Shown here piece after piece: positions 50,097 through 64,000 of a stretch of 64,000 nucleotides of DNA; position 1 is the first letter of the stretch; every line of letters begins with the position of its first letter. This DNA comes from Candidatus Cloacimonadales bacterium. GTDB taxonomy: Bacteria; Cloacimonadota; Cloacimonadia; Cloacimonadales; JAFGVF01. The notes beneath the pieces were generated by a model that was not told the origin of the DNA, searched no databases, and saw nothing but the letters and a program-made list of their open reading frames with translations. A program made the translations under genes and the position numbers. Location of the stretch: assembly GCA_963678315.1 (NCBI GenBank), contig OY782781.1, forward strand, positions 2,656,001 to 2,720,000, written 5' to 3'.

Positions 50097-50330
50097 CTAG
50101 TTAACTTTACCTTTTAAGTAATTAATAGCTGCACCAACAGATCTTAATTGTTCTTGATCTTCATCTGGAATTTCGATATCGAATTCTTCTTCAAATTTCA
50201 TAACAAGTTCAACTGTGTCTAATGAGTCAGCACCAAGATCTTCGATGAAGCTAGCTTCATTTACAACTTGACTTTCTTCAACACCTAACTCTTCAACAAT
50301 GATTTGTTTTACTTTTGCTTCAATATCCAT
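50097..50330 (-). CDS. acpP: Acyl carrier protein
   Basis: [17 protein letters not shown] at 50330 after GGAGGA. Confidence 0.97.
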   Translation of the reverse strand: MDIEAKVKQIIVEELGVEESQVVNEASFIEDLGADSLDTVELVMKFEEEFDIEIPDEDQEQLRSVGAAINYLKGKVN

Positions 50331-50371
50331 ATTTTCCTCCATGGTATTTTTTATTTTTGACTTTTATCTTT

Positions 50372-51121
50372 TTACATAATCAAGCCACCATCAACATTGA
50401 TGGTTTGACCTGTAATATATCTTGATCCTTCAGATGATAAGAATAGGCAAAGATTAGCAATATCTTCAGCTTGTCCCATCTTACCTAATGGTATCGCTTT
50501 TGCATAACTAGCTACAACATCTTCACTTAGCGTAGCAGTCATATCTGTTTCAATAAATCCTGGTGCAATTGCATTAACTCTTACATTTCTAGAAGCTAAT
50601 TCTTTAGCTGTAGATTTTGTTAGAGAAATCAATCCACCCTTTGAAGCAGCATAATTTGCCTGTCCAGCATTACCCATTATTCCAATTACAGAAGCAATAT
50701 TGATAATAACACCATCTCTTTGCTTCATCATATATCTAATACTTTTTTGAATACAATTAAATGAGCCCTTGAGATTTACATTCAAAACAGCATCCCAATC
50801 TGACTCTTTCATTCTCATTAGCAAATTATCTTTTGTAATTCCAGCATTATTTACGAGTACATCAATGCTACCTAAATCACTGTTGATAGTTTTAATCACT
50901 TTTTCAACTAATTTAGCATCAGTTACATCTAAAACATAACCATACACTGTCTCAGAAATATCTTTTAATTTCTCAACTGCTGCATTCACAACTTCTTCAT
51001 TAATATCAAGTATTACAACTTTAGCTCTATTTTCAACAAATCTTTTTGCAATACCAAAACCAATCCCACGACCAGAACCAGTTACTAGTACAACTTTGCT
51101 TTCAACACTAAATGTATTCAT
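50372..51121 (-). CDS. fabG: 3-oxoacyl-ACP reductase
   Basis: TGSGRGIG, NNAGITKD, YAASK; fab cluster context. Confidence 0.96.
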   Translation of the reverse strand: MNTFSVESKVVLVTGSGRGIGFGIAKRFVENRAKVVILDINEEVVNAAVEKLKDISETVYGYVLDVTDAKLVEKVIKTINSDLGSIDVLVNNAGITKDNLLMRMKESDWDAVLNVNLKGSFNCIQKSIRYMMKQRDGVIINIASVIGIMGNAGQANYAASKGGLISLTKSTAKELASRNVRVNAIAPGFIETDMTATLSEDVVASYAKAIPLGKMGQAEDIANLCLFLSSEGSRYITGQTINVDGGLIM

Positions 51122-52055
51122 TAATCACCTCTACTGCATGATCAATATCAGTTATTTTATCAATATTAACAAACTTTGCATTCTTGTCAATCTTCTTTAT
51201 CATACCGCTAATAACTTTTTGTGGACCGAACTCAACAAATAACTCTACTCCATTAGAAATCATGTATTCTATTGACTTGATCCATTGTACTGAAGATGTT
51301 ACTTGCTTAGCCAAGTTTTCTTTGATTTGATTAGGATTTGTATGAGCTTTTGCATCTACATTAGAGACAAGTGGAATATTGCTTTCGTTGAAACTTATAC
51401 TATTCATCTCTTCAGTAAGCCACTCTTCTGCTTTAGCAATCAATGGAGAATGGAAAGGTCCCCCAACATTAAGCATAATTGCTCGTCTTACACCTCTTTC
51501 CTTAGCAATCTCAATTGCCTTTTCAACGCCTGCTTTACTTCCAGATATAACAGTTTGAACAGGGGTATTAAAATTAGCTGGTATAACAATATCTACTTGA
51601 CTTGCTTCTTCACAAATTTCAGCAACCTCATCACTACTTTTGCCCATAATAGCTGCCATAGCAAAAGGTTTTCCATCATTTGCTTTCATCATGAACTCTC
51701 CTCTCTTATGGACGAGATACATAGCATCTTCAAGAGAAAGCACATTATTAGCTACAAGAGAAGTTATTTCACCTAATGAGTGACCTGCCACAAAAGCTGG
51801 TTCAATATCAATTTTATCTTTCAATGCTATTAGCGCTGATATTGAGTGAAATAGAATTGCTGGTTGAGTAAAACGAGTATCTCTTAAATCCTCTTCTGGA
51901 CCTTCAGAGATTATTCTTTTTAACTCAGTATTATTATTTATATCAAATTGTTTAAGTACATTTTGTAATTCAGGCTTGTTTTCAATTAAATCCATAGCCA
52001 TACCTACATATTGGGCACCCTGACCAGGAAATACAAAAGCTATTTTTTTGTTCAT
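51108..52055 (-). CDS. fabD: Malonyl-CoA:ACP transacylase
   Basis: FPGQGAQ, TQPA, GHSLGE, PFHS. Confidence 0.96.
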   Translation of the reverse strand: MNKKIAFVFPGQGAQYVGMAMDLIENKPELQNVLKQFDINNNTELKRIISEGPEEDLRDTRFTQPAILFHSISALIALKDKIDIEPAFVAGHSLGEITSLVANNVLSLEDAMYLVHKRGEFMMKANDGKPFAMAAIMGKSSDEVAEICEEASQVDIVIPANFNTPVQTVISGSKAGVEKAIEIAKERGVRRAIMLNVGGPFHSPLIAKAEEWLTEEMNSISFNESNIPLVSNVDAKAHTNPNQIKENLAKQVTSSVQWIKSIEYMISNGVELFVEFGPQKVISGMIKKIDKNAKFVNIDKITDIDHAVEVINEYI

Positions 52056-52126
52056 AAAACTAACTCCTTTAGTTAACTCAGAATTAATAATTGAATCTTA
52101 TTCATTGTTATTTATAAAAAAAACTC

Positions 52127-53116
52127 TTAGTACCTTGCTAAAAGGCTACCCCAAGTTAAACCAGCTCCAAATGAAACTAGAAGAATAACATCTCCACGAC
52201 GAATCTTACCTTCTTCTATAGCTTCTGAAACTGCAATTGGAATAGTCGCAGCAGATGTATTAGCATATTTTTGGATATTTACAATTACCTTACTCTTATC
52301 AATTTTCAACTTCTTTCCTAGAGCTTCGATAATTCTCATATTTGCTTGATGAGTCACTAGCCAATCAATGTCATTGATTTTTAAATCGTTTCTTTTTAAC
52401 ACAGTTTCACTTGCAGAGTACATTGATTTTACAGCTAACTTAAACACCTTGTTTCCTTGCATATGAACAGTATGTAAATTTTGTTTTACAGTTTCAATTG
52501 AAGCAGGCATTGCTGAACCACCAGCAGGTTGATAGAGTAAATCATCATGAGCACCGTCAGCTTCAAGGTCCCCATCAATAATACTTGATGAACTGCCCTT
52601 AGCATTTCTAGAAACTATTGAAGCTCCAGCTCCATCACCAAATAAGACACAAGTATTTCTATCATCCCAATTTAAAAATCTAGATAAAAGTTCTACACCT
52701 ATTACCAAAACATGCTCATAAGCACCTGTCTCAACAAACTGTTTGGCTATATTCATTGCATAAATCCAACCAGTACATCCAGCAGATACATCAAATGCAG
52801 GTACGCCTTTCAATCCTAACTTTTTTTGGACTAAACAAGCAGTTGATGGATAAGAGTGGTCTCCAGAAATTGTAGCAACAATAATCAAATTAATATCTTT
52901 GTATTTTAGTCTGGATTTTTCAATAGCATTGATTGCAGCATTATAAGCAAGATCACTTGCATTTTGATCATCTGCAGCAACTCTTCTCTCAGACATTCCT
53001 GTTCGAGTTCTAATCCATTCATCATTGGTATCAACAATTTTCTCAAGATCAAAATTGTTTATAATTTTTTCTGGGACATAGTGCCCAAAGGAACTAATTT
53101 TAGCTTTGTATTGCAT
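52127..53116 (-). CDS. fabH: 3-oxoacyl-ACP synthase III
   Basis: WIRTRTG, AGCTG, HQAN, NTSAA, GAGLTWG; ATG at 53116 preferred. Confidence 0.96.
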   Translation of the reverse strand: MQYKAKISSFGHYVPEKIINNFDLEKIVDTNDEWIRTRTGMSERRVAADDQNASDLAYNAAINAIEKSRLKYKDINLIIVATISGDHSYPSTACLVQKKLGLKGVPAFDVSAGCTGWIYAMNIAKQFVETGAYEHVLVIGVELLSRFLNWDDRNTCVLFGDGAGASIVSRNAKGSSSSIIDGDLEADGAHDDLLYQPAGGSAMPASIETVKQNLHTVHMQGNKVFKLAVKSMYSASETVLKRNDLKINDIDWLVTHQANMRIIEALGKKLKIDKSKVIVNIQKYANTSAATIPIAVSEAIEEGKIRRGDVILLVSFGAGLTWGSLLARY

Positions 53117-54113
53117 TATTCTTCCTTTCGTAAAAATCACTCGCATGTTTTAAGAAATCAGTTTGTGCTAATTTACTAGCAAATTTAACTGCATTCTTAA
53201 TTGCCTTACTATTTGCTCTACCGTGTGAGACTATTGGTAAACCGTCGATCCCCACCAATAAAGCTCCACCATATTCAGAGTGATCTAGTTTTTTCTTTAA
53301 ATGGTTATAAACAGGTAAAGAAAGTAGTGCTCCAATTTTTGCAATCCAATCCTTCTGGAATTGTTCTTTAAGAATATCAAAAATTGCAATTGCGGCACCT
53401 TCAACTGTTTTAAGCATAACATTGCCTGTAAATCCATCACAAACAATAACATCAGTAACGCCTTTTAAAACATCCTTACCTTCAATATTACCTATAAAAT
53501 TTACATGCTCGTCCTGGGTCAAAAGTTTATGTACTTCTTTAGTAAGTTCGTTACCTTTTTTATCCTCTTCTCCTATATTGAGAAGAGATACACGTGGGTT
53601 TTGACTACTATTCATAAATTTGAAATACATACTACCTAGCTCTGCAAACTGAACTAAATGTTCAGGAGAGCAATCAGCATTTGCTCCTACATCTAAAATA
53701 ATCTCATTAGATCTTTGGGTAGGGAATGAGATTGCTATTGCAGGTCTTAAGACGCCTTTAATTCTACCTAACGTAAACAGAGAAGAAGCCATCATAGCTC
53801 CAGAGTTTCCAGCTGAAACCACACTATCAACAATTCCATCTTTATGCAGTTTTAAGGCCTTAACCATGGAAGAATCTTTCTTCTTTCTTGCAGCAACTGC
53901 AGGAACGTCTGTCATTAGAATTCTTTCAGAAGCATGTACGATTTCTATCTTATCTTGGTCATAATAATACTTTGATAACTCTTCTTTCAAAATACTTTCA
54001 TCACCAACAAGATATATCTTGTTACATAAATTCTCTTTAATAGCTAAGACAGCACCCTCCACTTCTGGGAAAGGTGCTTTGTCACTGCCAAAAGCATCTA
54101 TAGCTATGCGCAT
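53100..54113 (-). CDS. plsX: Phosphate acyltransferase PlsX
   Basis: IAIDAFGSD, SAGNSGA, RPAI, DVGAN, DGFTGN, SHG. Confidence 0.96.
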   Translation of the reverse strand: MRIAIDAFGSDKAPFPEVEGAVLAIKENLCNKIYLVGDESILKEELSKYYYDQDKIEIVHASERILMTDVPAVAARKKKDSSMVKALKLHKDGIVDSVVSAGNSGAMMASSLFTLGRIKGVLRPAIAISFPTQRSNEIILDVGANADCSPEHLVQFAELGSMYFKFMNSSQNPRVSLLNIGEEDKKGNELTKEVHKLLTQDEHVNFIGNIEGKDVLKGVTDVIVCDGFTGNVMLKTVEGAAIAIFDILKEQFQKDWIAKIGALLSLPVYNHLKKKLDHSEYGGALLVGIDGLPIVSHGRANSKAIKNAVKFASKLAQTDFLKHASDFYERKNNAIQS

Positions 54114-54114
54114 T

Positions 54115-54291
54115 TTATTTAACTTCTATAACTTCTCTTTTATCGTAATTTCCACATTTTTTACAGATATGATGAGGTCTTGTAGGTTCGCCACAGTTAG
54201 AACATACAGCCCATGTAGGCATTTTAGCCTTATAATGAGTTCTTCTTTTGTCTCTGTTACACTTTGAAGTTTTCCTTCTAGGTACTGCCAT
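54115..54291 (-). CDS. rpmF: 50S ribosomal protein L32 (zinc-ribbon type), not in the ORF track
   Basis: Manual translation MAVPRRKTSKCNRDKRRTHYKAKMPTWAVCSNCGEPTRPHHICKKCGNYDKREVIEVK* (58 aa); AAGGAG RBS; directly upstream of plsX. Confidence 0.96.
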   Translation of the reverse strand: MAVPRRKTSKCNRDKRRTHYKAKMPTWAVCSNCGEPTRPHHICKKCGNYDKREVIEVK

Positions 54292-54483
54292 CTTTAGCTC
54301 CTTATTTTATAATCTTATTATTTTTTAATTTTTCACACTATATTCATTGAAAAGTCAAACTATTTTTATATAAATTAGTGTCAAGTATTATATTTATCAC
54401 ATAAGTGTATCACTTTTATTTTATGCTGAATAATCAATAAGACATACTATAATCATTAGTTATAAGTATAATTTGTCTAGTTC

Positions 54484-55782
54484 TTATTTCCATTCTTCAA
54501 TAATCACATCTTCGCTACTAATTTTCTCTTTTGAAATGAGATAACAACTATTAATTCTAGCTATGCTTGATTCAATCAAGCCCTTTTTATCACAATGAAG
54601 GTAACCAATTAGTTCATCTTTTTTAACATAATCACCAATTTTCTTAAACAGTTCTGCACCAGAAGTATAGTCCAACTTATCAGTTAATATTTTTCTTCCA
54701 GCACCTATGTTGACCATAGCATATCCAATCCCTTTGGAGTCAATCTCTTTTATATATCCACTCTTGTCACTATGAATTGGAGTGATAATCTCACTATGCG
54801 GTAGGAGATCGTAGTTATTGATAACATCAGGATTTCCACCCTGTTGAGAAATAAACTTTTTAAAATAGTCTAAAGCTTTGCCAGAATTGATTGAATCTTC
54901 AACTAATTTTAAGGCTGTAGCCTCATCTACATCCTTACTCATAGTAACCATATTTACTGCTAAAGCTTTAGTTATTTTATCTATATCGGGAATATCTTTA
55001 CCTTTTAAGTATTCAATAGTTTCTTTAATTTCAATTCCATTACCAATCGCGTAACCTAATGGAGAATTCATATTTGTGAATGTAATAGCTACTTTTTGTC
55101 CAAAAGCCTCACCTGTTTTCTTAAGGTATTCTGCAAGAATTTTTGCCCTCTCAATATTAGGCATAAAAGCTCCAGAACCAACTTTCAAATCTATTGCTAG
55201 ATTTTGAGCCCCTTCAGCTATCTTTTTGCTCATAATACTAGCTGTAATTAAAGGGTAGCTTTCTACTGTTCCTGTCACATCACGTAAAGCATAAATCATT
55301 TTATCAGCAGGAACTATTTCTTTACTTTGCTGGATAATTGATAAATTCGTGTCCAAAACCATTTTTTTGAAATCTTCCATCGAGTAATCTGTTCTAAATC
55401 CTGGAATTGATTCTAACTTGTCAAGTGTCCCACCTGTATGACCAAGCCCTCTCCCCGAAATCATTGGAATCTTAATTCCTAAAGAAGCTACAATAGGAGC
55501 TAGCATGAGAGTAATTTTATCACCTACTCCACCAGTAGAATGTTTATCTACTGTATGAAGTTCTTTATCAAAAGTTGCTCGTTCTCCACTATTAATATAT
55601 ACATCTGTTAATGAAACAATTTCATCTATGTTCATACTTTTAAAAAATATTGCCATCAATAAAGATGAAAATTGATAATCAGGAACTTGACCATCAATAT
55701 AACCTTGAACCAAAAACTTCATTTCTTGCTTAGTAAGTGTTCCACCATCTCTTTTTTTTATTATTAATTCAACAGGGTTCAT
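54484..55782 (-). CDS. pdp: Pyrimidine-nucleoside/thymidine phosphorylase
   Basis: IIKKRDG, DKHSTGGVGDK, SGRGLGHTGGTLDKLESIPG, SIMSKK; ATG at 55782 after GGAG. Confidence 0.95.
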   Translation of the reverse strand: MNPVELIIKKRDGGTLTKQEMKFLVQGYIDGQVPDYQFSSLLMAIFFKSMNIDEIVSLTDVYINSGERATFDKELHTVDKHSTGGVGDKITLMLAPIVASLGIKIPMISGRGLGHTGGTLDKLESIPGFRTDYSMEDFKKMVLDTNLSIIQQSKEIVPADKMIYALRDVTGTVESYPLITASIMSKKIAEGAQNLAIDLKVGSGAFMPNIERAKILAEYLKKTGEAFGQKVAITFTNMNSPLGYAIGNGIEIKETIEYLKGKDIPDIDKITKALAVNMVTMSKDVDEATALKLVEDSINSGKALDYFKKFISQQGGNPDVINNYDLLPHSEIITPIHSDKSGYIKEIDSKGIGYAMVNIGAGRKILTDKLDYTSGAELFKKIGDYVKKDELIGYLHCDKKGLIESSIARINSCYLISKEKISSEDVIIEEWK

Positions 55783-55783
55783 T

Positions 55784-56518
55784 TTAATCTCCAATATATG
55801 TATCTAGAAAATCATTAACTAAGATATTATATTCTTGTTTAACACTTTCTATGAATAATTGTTCATCTTTAATTCTAAAAATTCTACTCATTGCTACTAT
55901 ATTAGCTCTCAGCATTTTGGTTATAACTTCTCTGTTAAAATCTTTATTACGAATTAGGCGGAAAAACCTTGCATTAAGTCCATTAATCAAACTTACTAAA
56001 ATGTCTATCGTTTCATCTATATAAGTTACATCAAATTCTCCCGACTCATTACCTCTTCTTATAATCAAGGAAAGTTCTTCTCTACCTTCCATCATAAATT
56101 TATCACCAAGTTTGTTAGTAATATAATCCATTGATTTAATAGGAAGCTGTGCTAGAATAGTTATGAATTTTTTGTTATATATTTTGCTTTTGGTAAAGCT
56201 AAATATCATCCAATGTAATATTTCTGTGGCTTTAAGAGTTTCATCATTTACAAGTTCAAGTATCTTACTCTTTTGAATAAGTTTATGATCTTCTATAAGT
56301 TTTGTTATATGTAGTTCTCTATCTTCTAGCACTTCAGTGTAAAATTTCTCAGAGATATTATATCTTTCTAAAATTACCTTTTTCTCTATTCCATTAGGAT
56401 TAACCAAAATATCAAAATACATATTCATTTTTTTGTTATAATCATTTATATCTATTTTACTCATTACATCTTCCTCAAACTTTTCAATTAATGTTTTAGT
56501 TATTTCTTTAGCTAACAT
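55784..56518 (-). CDS. Hypothetical helical protein, possibly a degenerate TetR-like regulator
   Basis: 244-aa ORF ending 1 nt before pdp; IIRRGNESGEF resembles TetR C-terminal domains; only a weak HTH match. Confidence 0.6.
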   Translation of the reverse strand: MLAKEITKTLIEKFEEDVMSKIDINDYNKKMNMYFDILVNPNGIEKKVILERYNISEKFYTEVLEDRELHITKLIEDHKLIQKSKILELVNDETLKATEILHWMIFSFTKSKIYNKKFITILAQLPIKSMDYITNKLGDKFMMEGREELSLIIRRGNESGEFDVTYIDETIDILVSLINGLNARFFRLIRNKDFNREVITKMLRANIVAMSRIFRIKDEQLFIESVKQEYNILVNDFLDTYIGD

Positions 56519-56616
56519 AGGCTAAATAACTATCAAGTACTATTCAATTTTTCAAATTTTACTTGTCAAGAAAAGTAAAGAGTTATTTTGTGAATAAAAA
56601 CTTTCGAGAGGTTATA

Positions 56617-57384
56617 ATGAGAAAGATAATAGTTGCTGGTAATTGGAAGATGAACCATACCTATAGTGAAGCAACCACTTTTGTAAAGAGTTTACTAGCT
56701 AATGTGAAGAATGTTGATGATTCTAAAGTAGAAATGTTGATTGCACCAACATCAATATACTTAACAGAGCTACTTGCTTTATCGAAAGACTCTAATCTTT
56801 TGATTGGATCTCAAGATGTTTCATCACATAATAATGGTGCTTTCACAGGTGAAATTTCTGCTGAAATGTTGAAATCTATTTCTGTTGATTTCTCCATTAT
56901 TGGACACTCAGAAAGAAGAAGTTATCATAATGAATCCAATGAAATGATTAATACTAAACTTAAAAAACTAATTGAACAAGGAATAAGACCTATAGTATGT
57001 ATTGGAGAAACTTTAGAACAAAGAGAAGCCAATGTTACTAAGCAAGTTATTATAGAACAGCTTAAGGGATGTTTTCTAGATATCGATCTTAGTAATAATC
57101 AAGCGATTGTGATTGCTTATGAACCTGTATGGGCTATTGGAACTGGTAAAACTGCTAGTCCAGAACAAGCAGAAGAAGTTCACTCGATTATTAGGAATTG
57201 GATAAAAGACAACTATTCTATGGAAACTGCTGAACAAATTCATATTTTGTATGGAGGTAGTGTTAAACCAGCTAATATTGCTGAACTTTTAGCCCAACCT
57301 AATATTGATGGTGGACTAATTGGGGGTGCATCTTTAAAAGTTGATTCTTATAAAGAGATGGTTAATATCGCTGAAAAGCTTTAA
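56617..57384 (+). CDS. tpiA: Triosephosphate isomerase
   Basis: AGNWKMN, GHSERR, AYEPVWAIGTG, LYGGSV, GGASL; ATG at 56617 after GAGG. Confidence 0.97.
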   Translation: MRKIIVAGNWKMNHTYSEATTFVKSLLANVKNVDDSKVEMLIAPTSIYLTELLALSKDSNLLIGSQDVSSHNNGAFTGEISAEMLKSISVDFSIIGHSERRSYHNESNEMINTKLKKLIEQGIRPIVCIGETLEQREANVTKQVIIEQLKGCFLDIDLSNNQAIVIAYEPVWAIGTGKTASPEQAEEVHSIIRNWIKDNYSMETAEQIHILYGGSVKPANIAELLAQPNIDGGLIGGASLKVDSYKEMVNIAEKL

Positions 57385-57417
57385 AAATATAAAGATTATT
57401 AAAATAAGGGAAATATA

Positions 57418-58677
57418 ATGTTAGATTTAAAACTAATTAGAGAAAATAGTGCTTTGGTAAAACAAGCAATAGCCAATAAAAATGAGAAAGCAAATATAGA
57501 TAATATCCTTGAACTTGATGAAACTAGACGTGTTGCTCAATTTAACTTCGACCAAATGAAAGCTGAACAGAATAAAGTTTCAAAAGAAATTGGTATGAGA
57601 AAGAAAAATAAAGAAGATGCTTCAGACCTTCTAGCTAAAATGCCTGAAGTTGCAGCTAAAATAAAAGAGCTTAAGCAAACTTTATCTGAAGCAGATGAAG
57701 CTCTCAATGAAGCAATTTTATGGGTTCCAAATCTTCCTCACGAATCTGTCCCAGTTGGTAAAAGTGAAGATGATAACCAAATAATTCGCCAATGGGGAGA
57801 AAAACCTAGTTTTGACTTCCAACCTCAAGATCACGTTGTTATAGCTGAAAAGAATAATCTCTTAGACCTAGAACGTGGTGCAAAACTATCTGGTAGTGGT
57901 TTTCCTGTTTATACAGCTACTGGCGCTATGCTTGAAAGAGCTTTAATTAATTTCATGCTTGACTTACATATTACTAAACATGGCTATCGAGAAATGATGG
58001 TTCCAACAATAGTTAATCCTTCAGCTATGAAAGGTACTGGCCAAATTCCTAAACTTAAGGAAGATATGTACCACATTGAAGAAGAAGATATGTACCTTAT
58101 CCCAACTGGTGAAGTGCCATTAACAAACTTCTATGCCGGTGAAATTCTCAAAAATAAAGATTTACCTCAAAAATTCGTAGGATTTACAAACTGTTTCAGA
58201 CGTGAAGCCGGTTCTTATGGAAAAGACACTAGGGGATTACAAAGATTACATCAGTTTAATAAAGTTGAAATGGTTAGATTTGTTAAACCTCAAGATTCTT
58301 GGAACATTTTAGAAGAAATGGTTCAAGATGCTGAAGATGTTCTTCAAGCTCTTGGACTACATTATCGTGTATTAAAGCTCTGTACTGGAGATACTAGCTT
58401 CGCATCAGCAATGACCTATGACTTAGAAGTTTGGGCTCCTGGAGCTGACAAATATCTAGAGGTCTCTTCAGTATCAAATTTTGTTGATTTCCAAGCAAGA
58501 AGAGCAAATATTAGATTCAGAAATGATGGAGGTAAAGTTGAGTTTTTACATACTCTAAACGGTTCAGGTTTGGCTACTCCTAGAACAATCATTGCAATTC
58601 TTGAAAATTACCAAAATGCAGATGGAACTTTTAATATTCCTGAAGTTCTAAAAAAATACATACCTACTTTAAATTAA
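57418..58677 (+). CDS. serS: Seryl-tRNA synthetase
   Basis: N-terminal coiled coil, PTGEVP, FRREAGSYGKDTRGL, HQFNKVE, HTLNGSGLA. Confidence 0.97.
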   Translation: MLDLKLIRENSALVKQAIANKNEKANIDNILELDETRRVAQFNFDQMKAEQNKVSKEIGMRKKNKEDASDLLAKMPEVAAKIKELKQTLSEADEALNEAILWVPNLPHESVPVGKSEDDNQIIRQWGEKPSFDFQPQDHVVIAEKNNLLDLERGAKLSGSGFPVYTATGAMLERALINFMLDLHITKHGYREMMVPTIVNPSAMKGTGQIPKLKEDMYHIEEEDMYLIPTGEVPLTNFYAGEILKNKDLPQKFVGFTNCFRREAGSYGKDTRGLQRLHQFNKVEMVRFVKPQDSWNILEEMVQDAEDVLQALGLHYRVLKLCTGDTSFASAMTYDLEVWAPGADKYLEVSSVSNFVDFQARRANIRFRNDGGKVEFLHTLNGSGLATPRTIIAILENYQNADGTFNIPEVLKKYIPTLN

Positions 58678-58696
58678 ACTATTATTCATATAGAAC

Positions 58697-58724
58697 AAGA
58701 GGGTTATCATAACCCTCTTTTTTT
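58697..58724 (+). terminator. Intrinsic terminator of tpiA-serS
   Basis: AAGAGGGTTA-TCA-TAACCCTCTT followed by a T run. Confidence 0.8.
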
Positions 58725-58798
58725 ATTTTCTGAAATTGTATGCATGTGTTTTTAACCTAGAAATCATTCGTATCCATTATTGTGGTATCTTCAGATTC

Positions 58799-58849
58799 TC
58801 TCTACCCTGAAAGGGTTAATCTTCCCAAAGCCCAGTACTTCTGTGCTGG
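58799..58849. repeat. 51-bp direct repeat, copy 1 (two short hairpins)
   Basis: TCTCTACCCTGAAAGGGTTAATCTTCCCAAAGCCCAGTACTTCTGTGCTGG; 49/51 match to 59050-59100. Confidence 0.85.
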
Positions 58850-58911
58850 CTACAGGCTTTCTCCAGTCTATTATCTTCTAGTGTAAGCTAAGTGCTTGCC
58901 ATCCATCTTCT

Positions 58912-59027
58912 GTAGAGACATACGGTCGTGTGTATCATGAAATACATGCAAAATGTAAGAATAAAAATGTTAAGATAATCGATGACAATTAACATTGCCA
59001 TCAAGACGAATGTCCGTTCGTCTCTAC
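58912..59027. repeat. Inverted pair of GTAG-type REP-like hairpins (REPIN/BIME-like)
   Basis: Plus strand GTAG-AGACATACGGTCGTGTGTATC at 58912-58936; minus strand GTAG-AGACGAA-CGGACA-TTCGTCT at 59027-59004. Confidence 0.6.
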
Positions 59028-59049
59028 ATTAAGGTATCATCAGATTGTT

Positions 59050-59100
59050 TCTCTACCCTGAAAGGGTTAATCTTCACAAAGCCCAGTACTTCAGTGCTGG
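59050..59100. repeat. 51-bp direct repeat, copy 2
   Basis: See copy 1; the copies are 251 bp apart and share upstream GGTATCWTCAGATT. Confidence 0.85.
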
Positions 59101-59250
59101 GTAATAATAAAGCCACAGCCCCCTATCATACGCAAAAAAAGGCAAGGGTCAAAGAGCTTAATATTATTTATGAGCTAAAGCTCATGAAGTAGATTACATG
59201 ATTTATGCTCTTTGCCTTGTTTTTACTTACGTAAAAAAGGCAAGGGTCAA

Positions 59251-59368
<118 letters not shown>

Positions 59369-59496
59369 TTGACCCTTGCCAAAAATGATTTATATTAGTG
59401 TTTTTTACTTCATTTATTAATATGTAAGTTCGTAAGCAAGATGCTTACAATCCTTATTCATAATAAATAAAGCTATAGAGTGTATAAAATTTAATA

Positions 59497-62475
<2,979 letters not shown>

Positions 62476-62576
62476 AAAAATCTTACACACTCTATATTAC
62501 ACTCTATTTACTGTTTTAAAAATCTATCTTATTTCATGAAAGAATGAAAGTGAACTCGTCGAGAAACATTTCTCCT

Positions 62577-64000
<1,424 letters not shown>

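Noticed and set aside
18317..54267. Numerous 60-157 aa ORFs antisense to or overlapping A2M, pbpC, the kinases, ispG, vWA and fab genes
   Set aside because: They overlap well-supported genes on the opposite strand or in another frame and show no protein features.

Overview
AT-rich bacterial chromosome segment, most likely from a diderm FCB-group organism such as Candidatus Cloacimonadota (inferred from the FlgD-Ig/T9SS-like C-terminal sorting domain and gene content, not from a database search). The left 17 kb is one giant minus-strand gene that the ORF track missed because it runs off the window edge. It encodes a secreted multidomain surface protein of at least 5,649 aa with FN3, PKD, LamG, GLUG, beta-propeller and ASH/Ig modules. 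Near-identical FN3-PKD DNA cassettes separate unrelated payload domains within it. The gene is divergent from an alpha-2-macroglobulin/pbpC pair. The middle holds trxA, a TetR regulator with a candidate operator and secreted target, cdd, an orphan oadB-type subunit and three tandem soluble TPR-histidine kinases with no response regulator in view. A long minus-strand block follows: rpmF-plsX-fabH-fabD-fabG-acpP-fabF-rnc-radical SAM-lipoprotein-barrel-vWA-ispG-Omp85. Then come pdp, tpiA, serS, a cluster of REP-like repeats and a minus-strand rRNA operon (16S partial, tRNA-less ITS, 23S with a helix-45 intervening sequence, 5S). All domain calls come from reading motifs by eye.
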